DNA of 64,000 nucleotides from Pseudomonadota bacterium (GTDB lineage Bacteria; Myxococcota_A; Polyangia; JAAYKL01): NCBI GenBank assembly GCA_023229365.1, contig JALNZK010000002.1, positions 126,343 to 190,342 of the forward strand, read 5' to 3'. Shown piece by piece: positions 54,830 to 64,000 of this stretch (position 1 is its first letter; each line of letters starts with the position of its first letter). The notes under the pieces were generated by a model. It saw only the letters and a program-made list of their open reading frames with translations, ran no database searches and was not told where the DNA came from. The position numbers and the translations under genes were made by a program.

Positions 54830-55242
54830 AATTCAAACAATGGCTTGAATCCATATACTATCACGGCACCACACCCGAAAACGCCGAATCTATCCTAAAA
54901 AATGGCATCGACCCAGATCGCTATAAAAGCGGGATGTTCAGAGGATTCTACCTTACACCAAACCCAACTTACTTCAATGGCTTTAGCGGGCCAAAGAAAA
55001 CAATTTTGGCCATAGAAATTGATGACTCGCAAATACTCGATGTAGAAAGCGTCAAGGATGAGGATTTGCTGCCAATTGATCCTCACTTCAAAATGATGAG
55101 CCCAATGTATAAAAATACTATGATTATGAAGTTGGCTCTTGAAAAAGGATATTCTGGCGTCAAAAACGGAAAAGAAGTTGTTCTTTTTACTGACAGAGCA
55201 ATCCGCTCTATTCGACCCATAAATTCCAGTCATTCAAAGTAG
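54826..55242 (+). CDS. Tpt1/ART-fold C-lobe-like protein with a CTS-like N-terminus (MKFKQWLESI)
   Basis: IYYHGTT...GIDP...GFYLTP; ATGA overlap with the upstream stop. Confidence 0.5.
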   Translation: MKFKQWLESIYYHGTTPENAESILKNGIDPDRYKSGMFRGFYLTPNPTYFNGFSGPKKTILAIEIDDSQILDVESVKDEDLLPIDPHFKMMSPMYKNTMIMKLALEKGYSGVKNGKEVVLFTDRAIRSIRPINSSHSK

Positions 55243-55459
55243 TCCGCATTTCACGGGCATGTTTCATGCACAAAAAATTTGAAGTGCTGCGGCTACCACT
55301 TCCAGTTTCTATCTTTAAAACCGTGGTGCCCTTAGGCAAAGCAGATTCCTTTACTCCCTTCTCATGCTTTTTGACAGAATAAGGTGGAGTATTAATTTCA
55401 TCATAACACATCGGGCAATAAGCATTATTGCCTTTAACAACCGTTAGTTCATATTTCAT
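55208..55459 (-). CDS. zinc-ribbon protein
   Basis: CPMC...C...C. Confidence 0.35.
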   Translation of the reverse strand: MKYELTVVKGNNAYCPMCYDEINTPPYSVKKHEKGVKESALPKGTTVLKIETGSGSRSTSNFLCMKHAREMRTTLNDWNLWVE

Positions 55460-57510
55460 TTTAGCCCCATTGACATTAATCTAGCTTGATTACATATCGA
55501 TTCAATATTGGCTCGGCTCATCTTCAAAATTGCCTGAACCCTGTCAACATCACGAGAAACGTCATTATAATTTCTAAATCCAGCCTGCCATAATTTCTCT
55601 GCTCTGACCTTACCGACATTATTCAACTCACAGAATGGAACCAAATGAGCAGCCACACCATATTGCATCCTTTTCTGTAATGCGTTTAGGCAACCTTGTT
55701 TTCCCCATTTGCCAGACATTTGATCGATCATTTGAATCACTGTTGACAATCGAGGGAAATCAAACTGCAAATTACGAGCAGTTCCAGTGAACACCCCCAG
55801 CGGCAGTCCATTCATCAAACAAAAATAGCAATACGCCCCTTTCCAGACCGTATCTTGAAATTGCTTTCCAAATATCTTCTCAGCAATTTTTGCTTTGTTC
55901 ATCCAGACTGCCATTTCATCTTTTTCAGCCCGACTCACAATACCCATCCGAATAGAGTCAACATTACCCAATGCTACAGCCATCGCTATGTCATTGTCTT
56001 CTGCGTTTGTTGCAAATAAAGTATTGAAATTACTGCGAAGGTCGGCCACATCGAATGGTGAATAATAGAACATGGAGGAAACCATGCCAATAGAAGTGCA
56101 TTTGTATTCTCCATCTACTTCTTTAATTGCTCCAAATTTCAACAACAAATTCAAAGTAGACTCTATAATCTTTTCATCCAAACCATGCGTCTGAAAATTG
56201 GCCAAACTCCTCTTGTACCAAAGAGTTACATCATCCTTTGTTTTAATGCCACCGTGATGAATCTCCGATACCAAATGAAAAGCCAAGGTTTTATAATGAG
56301 GATCAGTAGGCGTTCCTACATAATCCAATAGTCTAGAAACCACCTTGTAATTTTTGGTAAGCCGATTCATATGATATTGGCATTCAGAATGTTCTGAGGG
56401 GAGCAAAATGTAACAATCCCCACGATCATCATATCCTGGCCTTCCGCTTCTTCCTGCCATTTGCCAAATATCATAAGGCTGAACCTCATCCAACCCTCGA
56501 TGCACCCCAACAATAATTACTCGACGTGCCGGTGTATTACATCCCCAAGCAAGAGTTGAAGTCGCAATCAGAATTTGAAAATCTTTGTTTGTTTTAAATT
56601 CATTCTCAAACTTATGTCTATCCTCCATAAGTAAATCAGCGTTATGAAACTGAACAGGAAATCCCGACTTCTCTAGGGCGGTTTTCATCAACTGTCCGGT
56701 TCGCTTTGTGTGTGTAAAAATTAAAAATTTGTCATCAGGATGAGTTTCAACAATTTCCAGTGCTGCATTAACCTTCTCCTCCTCTGTTGACTCATATCTT
56801 CTTGTTTTTTCATAAGTTGTATAATGCACACCCAAAGGGATGGGTCGATAATCAGATTCAATCAAATATGTTTCTTTGCCAGTGAGAATATATGAAATCC
56901 ATTCAGCCACTTGGATGGCATTAGGAATCGTAGCAGACAAAGCAACTATTCTTGCATCTGGATTTATCTCGCAAAACTTCATTAAACCAACTTCAAGATG
57001 ATCTCCTCGGCCAGGAACCGTGAGCAGGTGTGCTTCGTCAAGAATTAGCACCTTAATAGACTTCAACCACTCATTATGCTCAGAGGCATAATTGCGGATT
57101 CGACTATTCATCATTTCTGGTGTTAAAATAATGATATCGGCTTCGTCTAATTCCTTTTTTCGTTGCGGGGTCAGTCGATAATCCCCAGTACAGATACTTA
57201 CCTTTAAGTCAGCAAAATGATGGTCTGCATCTCCCCAGTCGTCCGTCTTTTCTTTAGCCAAAGCTTTCATGGGTGCCAAATAGGCAATCTTACCACCATG
57301 CTTTCTGATTTCATAAGAAGCAATAATTTCCGCACAAACAGTTTTGCCACTAGCGGTTGTGGATGCAACCACTACGTTGGCTTGTTTGTCGTAAATCTCA
57401 TAGATTCTTGATTGAACAGGGTTGAACTTATCAAAAGGAAACTTGCCATATAGGAAGTCCTTTGGATTTACTAATTCATTTTGATCGCTCAGTTTAATTA
57501 CAGGTGGCAT
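55456..57510 (-). CDS. SF2 DEAH / Ski2-like (Hel308/Lhr-like) helicase
   Basis: ASTTASGKT, LILDEAHLL, LSAT, QMAGRSGR. Confidence 0.8.
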   Translation of the reverse strand: MPPVIKLSDQNELVNPKDFLYGKFPFDKFNPVQSRIYEIYDKQANVVVASTTASGKTVCAEIIASYEIRKHGGKIAYLAPMKALAKEKTDDWGDADHHFADLKVSICTGDYRLTPQRKKELDEADIIILTPEMMNSRIRNYASEHNEWLKSIKVLILDEAHLLTVPGRGDHLEVGLMKFCEINPDARIVALSATIPNAIQVAEWISYILTGKETYLIESDYRPIPLGVHYTTYEKTRRYESTEEEKVNAALEIVETHPDDKFLIFTHTKRTGQLMKTALEKSGFPVQFHNADLLMEDRHKFENEFKTNKDFQILIATSTLAWGCNTPARRVIIVGVHRGLDEVQPYDIWQMAGRSGRPGYDDRGDCYILLPSEHSECQYHMNRLTKNYKVVSRLLDYVGTPTDPHYKTLAFHLVSEIHHGGIKTKDDVTLWYKRSLANFQTHGLDEKIIESTLNLLLKFGAIKEVDGEYKCTSIGMVSSMFYYSPFDVADLRSNFNTLFATNAEDNDIAMAVALGNVDSIRMGIVSRAEKDEMAVWMNKAKIAEKIFGKQFQDTVWKGAYCYFCLMNGLPLGVFTGTARNLQFDFPRLSTVIQMIDQMSGKWGKQGCLNALQKRMQYGVAAHLVPFCELNNVGKVRAEKLWQAGFRNYNDVSRDVDRVQAILKMSRANIESICNQARLMSMGLK

Positions 57511-57578
57511 TAAATCTCTTTATCTATTGATTGTAGTTGTGGCAAGAAATCATTCTACCACGATATATAACTTTGTCA

Positions 57579-57935
57579 ATGAGAACATTCTTCGAATCCA
57601 TTCAAAAACGTGTGCATCTTCGCTTTGTGGCTACCACTGGTCCTGAGCATGCTCAGGGCCTAATGCACCAAGAGCCATTAAAACATAACGAAGGTGCCCT
57701 TTTTGTTTATGAAGCCCCGTCAAAATCAAAATTTTGGAACAAGAACGTAAACTTTCCCATAGAAATTGGTTTCTTTGATATCAATAAAAAATTAGTTGAT
57801 ATTCGACAATTACAAGCCAATCAAACACAAGAAATTGGCTGCAAACAAGAGTTTGTTTATGCTTTGGAAGTTTCTACCGGATTTTTTTCACAAAAAGATA
57901 TTGGCAAATCATTGGATGACTTCATACTAAGCTAA
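57579..57935 (+). CDS. DUF192-family protein
   Basis: GLMHQEPL...GALFVYE...FWNKNVNFPIEIGFFD; start set at the ATG at 57579 (the track start is a TTG). Confidence 0.5.
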   Translation: MRTFFESIQKRVHLRFVATTGPEHAQGLMHQEPLKHNEGALFVYEAPSKSKFWNKNVNFPIEIGFFDINKKLVDIRQLQANQTQEIGCKQEFVYALEVSTGFFSQKDIGKSLDDFILS

Positions 57936-58000
57936 AGTATGCTACATTTATCCCAGCTTTTTGACCCAAGCATAAGAGCAAAAGCAATAGAGGCATTAAA

Positions 58001-59065
58001 TTACATTGCTACCCAATAAAGAATTTCCTGAGCCCTAGAGGCAGCAGTATAAGCCCACCTAACGTGATCCCACTGTCCACCCCGTTGTTCAAAAACCATA
58101 ACTGAAGGCCATTCTGAGCCTTGGGCTTTGTGTGCTGTAACAGCATTGCAAAAATCAAATGGATCAGGATCGTCTTTGTTGCCTTGAAGTTCATATTTTT
58201 CCACATTGAAATTCGAAGGATCAAAAATCACATCAAAAAGCGTGCCTTCATCACTTCTAAAATGCATCCGATTTTTCTTTGTATAAAGAAACTTACAATC
58301 ACCCTGCATGCCGTTAAATAATCCAATTTTTCGATTATTGCGAAGACACATTACTCGATCACCAACCAGTGGATAATCTCCAGTAAATCCCTTTAACCCT
58401 CTTGTCTTTTTATTTAATTGCACTCTGGTTTTATTGAATGCACAAATAATTTGATCCACTTTTGTAAGGTATGCATCAGCTTGAAAACGACTAAGAAACC
58501 GCACTTTGCCTTCAAACGATGGTCGGAATGCAGCAGGTCGATAACCATTTCTGATGAATTCGCAGAAGCGAGCAATCTCACCAGCATTACGATGAATAGT
58601 TTCTAACACAAAATCGGGCTTGGCCATAAGGTTGATATCCTTGCCCACTGGCTCCAATTGCCCGTGGTCGCCCACAAAAATAATAGGAATATGGAAGCTT
58701 ACCAAATCTTCATATAAATCCCTACTAATCATAGATGCTTCATCTACAATAATACCAGAAGCATCTAAAGAAGGCACTCTGGCAAAGATTGGATTGCCGT
58801 GATGGTCACGCATCAAATGCCCTTCATCATCTACCATTGGATGGTAAATAAGGCTGTGAATTGTGCTGGCTGGAACTCCTTTTTGCCTCAAAACACTGGC
58901 TGCTTTGCCGGTAAAAGCACACACGGCAAAATGAGGCAGTGTTTTGACCAATTGAGAAATAAGTGTCGTTTTGCCAGTTCCAGCATACCCGCCCAATGTT
59001 TGAACAGGCTTCTTAAATTGTATGAGATTGGCGATAATATTTTTTTGTTCTTGTGTTAAATTCAA
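58001..59065 (-). CDS. Dda/RecD-like SF1B DNA helicase
   Basis: GYAGTGKTT, IIVDEASMIS, VGDHGQLEPV, AHKAQGSEW. Confidence 0.75.
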   Translation of the reverse strand: MNLTQEQKNIIANLIQFKKPVQTLGGYAGTGKTTLISQLVKTLPHFAVCAFTGKAASVLRQKGVPASTIHSLIYHPMVDDEGHLMRDHHGNPIFARVPSLDASGIIVDEASMISRDLYEDLVSFHIPIIFVGDHGQLEPVGKDINLMAKPDFVLETIHRNAGEIARFCEFIRNGYRPAAFRPSFEGKVRFLSRFQADAYLTKVDQIICAFNKTRVQLNKKTRGLKGFTGDYPLVGDRVMCLRNNRKIGLFNGMQGDCKFLYTKKNRMHFRSDEGTLFDVIFDPSNFNVEKYELQGNKDDPDPFDFCNAVTAHKAQGSEWPSVMVFEQRGGQWDHVRWAYTAASRAQEILYWVAM

Positions 59066-59349
59066 TTTTTACCCCTTCGTTGATAGCCACAGCACACAAA
59101 TAACATATGGCCAAAGTGCTGCGATGTATACCTTTTCTTTAAAGGTCATATGCTGCTCGCTTGCGGCAAAAACCAACAGCCCCGCAAAACCCAGAAACCA
59201 TATTCCAAACACAATTGCCAAAATTGTCCAAAGCATACCTCTTCTCCTTCAAAAAAAACAGGGCGAGGAAAATGCCTCCCCACCCTATCTATACCCAATA
59301 GTGGTCATTACAGTTGGGTATCACACAATTTATTCTTAGCATCCTGCTC

Positions 59350-59610
59350 TTATCTTCTTCTGGGCTTTTCTTGGTCTCTTCGACCATACTCTCTCATAAC
59401 TGCCTCTTCGACCTGATCCATCATTTCATAAAAATCCTCAGCATTAGTTGCTTTAAGCAACCAACGATCTACTTCTTTGTCTTGAGCCAGAATATTGCAT
59501 ACTGCGGCTTTGTCGCCCTCCAAATCTTGTCGTATACGGTTTCGCAACTCAAACAAAGTATCATCGGAAAGTCGTCGCACATACTCTGATACTACATTAG
59601 ATTTCATCAA
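59350..59610 (-). CDS. hypothetical protein
   Basis: 86 aa. Confidence 0.35.
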   Translation of the reverse strand: MMKSNVVSEYVRRLSDDTLFELRNRIRQDLEGDKAAVCNILAQDKEVDRWLLKATNAEDFYEMMDQVEEAVMREYGRRDQEKPRRR

Positions 59611-59618
59611 ACCACCTC

Positions 59619-59903
59619 ATGAAAATAGATAAACAAAATTTTGAAAAATTGGGAATAAAAAATTGGTCTTCATTTATTGATCCCAGACAACTATTCGCTC
59701 ATCTTGCAATACTTGCTGATGAGCAACTAAGCATAAAAGGAAAAGTAACATCTATCCGCATCACCCGTTTTGAACTTTCATTAAAGGGTATTATCATCTG
59801 GATAGAGTATATTGTAAATTATAATGCGGCTTCTGTCAATATAATTAGTGAATTTTTATTGGTAAATGATGAACTAATTCATCAGACAACAGCAAAAATG
59901 TGA
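59619..59903 (+). CDS. hypothetical protein
   Basis: 94 aa. Confidence 0.35.
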   Translation: MKIDKQNFEKLGIKNWSSFIDPRQLFAHLAILADEQLSIKGKVTSIRITRFELSLKGIIIWIEYIVNYNAASVNIISEFLLVNDELIHQTTAKM

Positions 59904-60208
59904 TTGTCTGCATTTTCATCATCAAAAAACACACGATTTCTACCAAATTGTAACTCCATGTTATAGTCATCCATCGACATAACCCTATCATCTTGGGAGG
60001 CAACCACGTAGCAATAATCATCGGTTTTTTGTATGCCATGTTTGTTTTCTTTGGTGATGCCTACTTCTAATTTCACTCCGCTCGGCAAGGTAAATTCAAC
60101 TTGCCCCTCTTTTAACAGATACGTGATTAAAAGGTGCTGAAGTTTGTCTTTCTTTGTCATTTTGTACCTCCCTTTTGGTATACAGTATTTACACATAATA
60201 CCAATCAA
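59882..60208 (-). CDS. hypothetical protein
   Basis: 108 aa. Confidence 0.35.
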   Translation of the reverse strand: MIGIMCKYCIPKGRYKMTKKDKLQHLLITYLLKEGQVEFTLPSGVKLEVGITKENKHGIQKTDDYCYVVASQDDRVMSMDDYNMELQFGRNRVFFDDENADNHIFAVV

Positions 60209-60393
60209 GAAAGGTTATTAATTACAAAATTTGGTAATTAAAAGCGTGTCCGATCATTCCTAAGCCACCAGCACCAACTATTATAGCGATTATTGGCTCA
60301 ACTCCCCAAAAATGCCAGCCAGCCACGGCAGCACCGACAATAATAAATCCTACAATCGCCTCTAAAACTTTTAAAACTATATTGTGCATGATA

Positions 60394-60843
60394 TTAGTGG
60401 AAGTCCACTTCTCCAGGTTTTACGAATTGAAACTCAAAACCATTATATTCCCGAGAATGCGTTTTCATGGGATGCATCCAAGGCATCGGGCGACCAGTGC
60501 CATCTGTACAAATGGCCCAACACCAATACATTTTTCCCCTAATGGCTTGCTCAATCAATGATAAATGGCTGGACCCTAAAAATTTCTGGCCTATTTTTGC
60601 CACAACAGGGAATGGTAAAAAAGGAATGTTTTCACCACTCATTTGACAAGTCTCAACAAAGTGGGTGTCATAGTCCATTTTATTGAAATGTACCCTGACC
60701 GTGTAGCCATCGACCTCTGTTAAAATAGTTTTAAATAAACCAATATAATCCTCAAGTGCAGGGTCATTCTTTGGATAATTATATGGGATCAAATGATCTC
60801 CCATCATTCTCAGCGTATCTATGGCGTCATCTAGCTTCTTCAT
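60394..60843 (-). CDS. hypothetical protein, co-operonic with the amidoligase-like gene
   Basis: 149 aa; 4-bp gap to the upstream gene. Confidence 0.45.
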   Translation of the reverse strand: MKKLDDAIDTLRMMGDHLIPYNYPKNDPALEDYIGLFKTILTEVDGYTVRVHFNKMDYDTHFVETCQMSGENIPFLPFPVVAKIGQKFLGSSHLSLIEQAIRGKMYWCWAICTDGTGRPMPWMHPMKTHSREYNGFEFQFVKPGEVDFH

Positions 60844-60846
60844 ACA

Positions 60847-61809
60847 CTATATATCCAGCCGTAATTCTGAAATAATATCCTGCACCTGTTTTGCAGCAAA
60901 TCCCCTGCTTTCCATATTCCAAAATCCTGTACCTTTGCCGATTCGAAGCTTTAGATTCTTTAAAAACCACCTTCGTACACTGATTAAATCTTCTGACAAT
61001 TCGTAGTCGCCCATGAACCCCAAAAGCTCCATTACTTGCCGAGGATCATCCCACAATAAACCAGACCACAAATTAGCATAGTTATTGAATAATTGCTTCT
61101 TCTTGGCCATCTCCACAAAATGCATTACTAAAATAATCCAATTTCTACCTATCTCTGTGCATCGGCAGCCCTCATTGCCCATAATTCTAAATTCAATTGT
61201 TGGCCTATTATTCTTCATCTTGTGATAAGTATTGATGGTCATATACTTGTGCGTGCCTAACAACCGTTCTAAAACATCGCCAGATTCCAGCATCGGCCCA
61301 ATCAAATTGCTGGCACCAATGCATTGAAAATAACGACTCTTTTTACGATAAGCAGGAAGAGCATCAATGAAAACAGGCTCGGCTTTAATCCAACATCCTA
61401 AAATAGAGGCTATCTCTCGACGGCTGCAATCGGAGACATTTACATGAACATGTAACGAACAACGATGATCTATGGGAATTCTATCATCGTGATTTAACAC
61501 ATCTAATACATCACAAATTTTATTGAGTCCATATCTGCCATTGCTTACAGGCGAACAAATCTCAATGCCACAACTTCTATCTGACTTTAAAACCCATTGA
61601 TTGTTATTGTGAGTATAATGCCATGTCTTAATGGCAACCGGCTCTTTTAACAATCTTGACATACTTTCGCCTATATAATCGATACCCTCAGGGATTTCTC
61701 CGTCAGATAATGGATAATTGATAAAATCTCTGCTGTCTAAAGCATTGACCTCAATTTCCACACCGAATCTTCGATGGCAATTTTCGAATGACAAATGTGT
61801 AGTATCCAT
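60847..61809 (-). CDS. putative amidoligase (glutamine-synthetase-like fold, PF12224-like)
   Basis: GVEIEV near the N-terminus and a central SLHVHV. Confidence 0.45.
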   Translation of the reverse strand: MDTTHLSFENCHRRFGVEIEVNALDSRDFINYPLSDGEIPEGIDYIGESMSRLLKEPVAIKTWHYTHNNNQWVLKSDRSCGIEICSPVSNGRYGLNKICDVLDVLNHDDRIPIDHRCSLHVHVNVSDCSRREIASILGCWIKAEPVFIDALPAYRKKSRYFQCIGASNLIGPMLESGDVLERLLGTHKYMTINTYHKMKNNRPTIEFRIMGNEGCRCTEIGRNWIILVMHFVEMAKKKQLFNNYANLWSGLLWDDPRQVMELLGFMGDYELSEDLISVRRWFLKNLKLRIGKGTGFWNMESRGFAAKQVQDIISELRLDI

Positions 61810-61856
61810 ATCTTTACTTTACCATTATTTTCTAAAAAAATCAATCTAAATAATGT

Positions 61857-62633
61857 ATGAATATAGTCACCATTATTAACGTACATACAGACCCAGAATT
61901 AGTACAACACACAATTGGATCAGTAAAAAAATGGGTTACAGATAAAATTGTAGTAGTAGTAGACCAAAGAAACTGGGATGCGTTTAAAAATTTTCCATTT
62001 CAAAACATTGATCTTATCAAAGGGGCTTTCAATGCACCCCCTTATAAAAACATTGCCATTGGCATGAACTATGCTTATGCTAAATACCCAAATGCAGATT
62101 GGTACAATTATATTGAATATGATGTTTTGTATTTAAATGATTTTTTTAAAGAAGATTTGATAAAAAGGTCCAATTGTGCCAATTTAGGATTTTGTCATTG
62201 TATTGCTGGTTGTCAAACTGATGGCGATCTTCCGAGAAAAATTCTCAACAAACCAGAATTACAAGCTGAATATATGCTGGGTGCGGTTAATTTTTATTCT
62301 AATAATTGTGTTCAACAATTGATGAGTTTTGATTTTTTTAACGAAGTATTAAATCAAACAAACAATGGTTATAACTTTCCAAATTTTGGACATGTTACAG
62401 TAGAAGAAATCATTTACCCAACAGCGGCTGGTGCTTTTGGTCCGGTAGACAACCTCACTGATTATGCAAATCCATTAAAAATATCAGGTTATGGAAGCAC
62501 CTGTGAACGGTACGCAGTTCGTTATATACCGAATATAGAATTAGATGATGTTACCCCCTTGACTAGTATTATACACCCTTCCAAAAATCTAAATTGCCCA
62601 ATAAGACAGCAGCATATTGATTTCTTGTGTTAA
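61857..62633 (+). CDS. possible GT-A-fold glycosyltransferase
   Basis: IVTIINVHTDPE...VVVVDQ start resembles GT2. Confidence 0.35.
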   Translation: MNIVTIINVHTDPELVQHTIGSVKKWVTDKIVVVVDQRNWDAFKNFPFQNIDLIKGAFNAPPYKNIAIGMNYAYAKYPNADWYNYIEYDVLYLNDFFKEDLIKRSNCANLGFCHCIAGCQTDGDLPRKILNKPELQAEYMLGAVNFYSNNCVQQLMSFDFFNEVLNQTNNGYNFPNFGHVTVEEIIYPTAAGAFGPVDNLTDYANPLKISGYGSTCERYAVRYIPNIELDDVTPLTSIIHPSKNLNCPIRQQHIDFLC

Positions 62634-62665
62634 TTTGATATAATTAAATAAACAGGAGACATACT

Positions 62666-63139
62666 ATGTTTAAAGATTGTTTATTAATTACCACCAGTGA
62701 TAATCGTAACCTATTTACACAAAAGCGTTATTTAAATCAATTGGTAGAATTTTCCAAAGTATTCGGAGCAGAAATAGCCATAGCAAAGGCAGATAACCCA
62801 GAAATTCTATCATTAGAAGCCTTGGCACCTGCCCTTTGCGATTCTGGTTATAATTCAACCGCACCATTTGAAATACTTGAATACAAACTGCCAAAAATTG
62901 CAATCAAACAACGGTTTATTAAAATAGCCTCTCAAATTAAACAACATATACGAGAAGCTCTGCTAAGAGGCGAAACAGTAGAATTACAAAACATTATGCA
63001 ACAGTTTCATAAATTCAAATTAACTACCGCATGTTTCTGTAACCATTTTTCTAAAGTACGCCAAGAACTTGTGGCCGAAGGACATGTTATAGAAAAAATT
63101 GGTGGCGGCAAGTATAAAATAAAAAATGAACACGAATAA
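62666..63139 (+). CDS. hypothetical protein
   Basis: AGGAG ribosome-binding site; followed by a terminator. Confidence 0.5.
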   Translation: MFKDCLLITTSDNRNLFTQKRYLNQLVEFSKVFGAEIAIAKADNPEILSLEALAPALCDSGYNSTAPFEILEYKLPKIAIKQRFIKIASQIKQHIREALLRGETVELQNIMQQFHKFKLTTACFCNHFSKVRQELVAEGHVIEKIGGGKYKIKNEHE

Positions 63140-63168
63140 AAATACTCGTGTTCATTTTTTAATACATT
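63131..63168. terminator. rho-independent terminator (TGAACACGA...TCGTGTTCA followed by TTTTTT) between convergent genes
   Basis: perfect 9-bp stem plus a T-run. Confidence 0.65.
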
Positions 63169-63172
63169 CCTT

Positions 63173-64000
63173 CTATTCGTCGTCTTCGTCTTTATGACCA
63201 ATCACTGCATTCAAGATATCCTCTTGATCGGTTGGCTCTTCTTCAATTGAATCTCCATTGCTGATTTGCAAAGCGGATTCAAAATGGCTCAAATATTCCT
63301 TTACTTCTTCGGTGCTTGTCGCATCCACTAAAGCTGGACAATCCATCAGCAAGCTAATAGGAACATCGTTTCTTACCTTACTGGCCTTGAAGGTGACTGT
63401 GTTGCCACCAGCCCAAGGCTCACATACTTTGTAAGTGCCTTTGCCAGACATTTCAACACGACCCGCACCTATCAAAATTGTCAGTAAACCGCCAACAGGG
63501 TTAATGCCACCATCAAAGTAAATTTGAATACCTTCGGTCGATAGGAACGGTCTATGAGTTCGGTTCTTCTCATTCCTAACCGTTAAATTAACTCCTATCA
63601 CCACCTTGGTTTTCTTTTGCACAATCTTCTTTCTGGCGGCTAAGGCCAATCGGCAACTAGCATAATATTTCAATGCTTCGCCACCACCAGCCTGAGTTTT
63701 GGAAGGACCGTACATCACACCAATCTTTGACCGCTCTTGATTGACAACATACATAGTTGCATTGTTGTCATCAATAAATGGGCAAAGTTGTCGCAACACT
63801 TTTCCTGATGCTTTGGCTCTTTCACCAGGACGCTCATTACCGCCCGCTTCCTTGACCTGTTCTTTAGTGGGTTTATCGGGCAAATTAATTTCATTCCATT
63901 CTCGATCCGTCATGGCCACACCGATTGAGTCCCACACATAAAGAATTGGTTCATCGGGGCGTGCTTTACGAATCACTCTGGTAGTCTTTAATACATTTCT
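63173..64000 (-). CDS. RecA/UvsX-family recombinase, C-terminal part only (the ORF runs past the window edge)
   Basis: VVNQERSKIGVMYGPSKTQAGGGEALKYYAS RecA loop-2-like region; no stop codon before position 64000. Confidence 0.65.
   Translation of the reverse strand, partial: RNVLKTTRVIRKARPDEPILYVWDSIGVAMTDREWNEINLPDKPTKEQVKEAGGNERPGERAKASGKVLRQLCPFIDDNNATMYVVNQERSKIGVMYGPSKTQAGGGEALKYYASCRLALAARKKIVQKKTKVVIGVNLTVRNEKNRTHRPFLSTEGIQIYFDGGINPVGGLLTILIGAGRVEMSGKGTYKVCEPWAGGNTVTFKASKVRNDVPISLLMDCPALVDATSTEEVKEYLSHFESALQISNGDSIEEEPTDQEDILNAVIGHKDEDDE

Overview
This is an AT-rich, gene-dense segment with short or overlapping gene junctions, typical of a large virulent phage genome. It is probably a distant T4-like myovirus; no structural genes fall in this window. 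The recognisable content is: nucleotide metabolism (thyA, DHFR, dCMP deaminase, GMP-reductase-like, P-loop kinase, HldE-like heptose kinase/adenylyltransferase); replication and recombination (DnaE PHP-domain fragment, Dda-like SF1 helicase, Ski2/Hel308-like SF2 helicase, Endo VII-like resolvase, RecA/UvsX-like fragment at the window edge); five DNA methyltransferases of the alpha, beta, gamma and MT-A70 classes; homing-type nucleases (GIY-YIG, HNH, PD-(D/E)xK); and a complete PrkA-YeaH-SpoVR stress-kinase trio interrupted by a GluQ-RS-like class I tRNA synthetase paralog. The most striking signal is that about 18 otherwise unrelated ORFs begin with the same short peptide, M-x-(x)-F-[RKQN]-x-[WF]-[LIM]-E, for example MKTFQQFMEM, MKTFAQWLEH, MNFRNWIEHK and MKTYKQWCEQ. 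As I recall it, phage T4 internal proteins IPI, IPII and IPIII share the capsid-targeting sequence MKTYQEFIAE, which the prohead protease cleaves at [LI]-x-E. I interpret the motif here as a capsid-targeting propeptide marking a greatly expanded set of head-packaged, co-injected cargo proteins. That cargo includes a CCA tRNA nucleotidyltransferase, a separate HD phosphohydrolase, three Tpt1/KptA-like ART-fold proteins (YHGT motif) and small basic internal-protein-like polypeptides. These sit beside a PARG-like macrodomain (DUF2263) and an HPr-like phosphocarrier. Together they suggest an injected RNA-end repair and NAD/ADP-ribosyl effector system that has not been described. Other items worth attention: a flotillin/NfeD-like pair, a SLOG (YpsA/MoCo-carrier-like) plus AAA ATPase operon, an amidoligase-like plus glycosyltransferase cluster, a DEDELG acidic tandem-repeat protein, a tRNA-like minihelix flanked by 10-bp tandem repeats, and a GC-richer ORF-free 560-bp segment.
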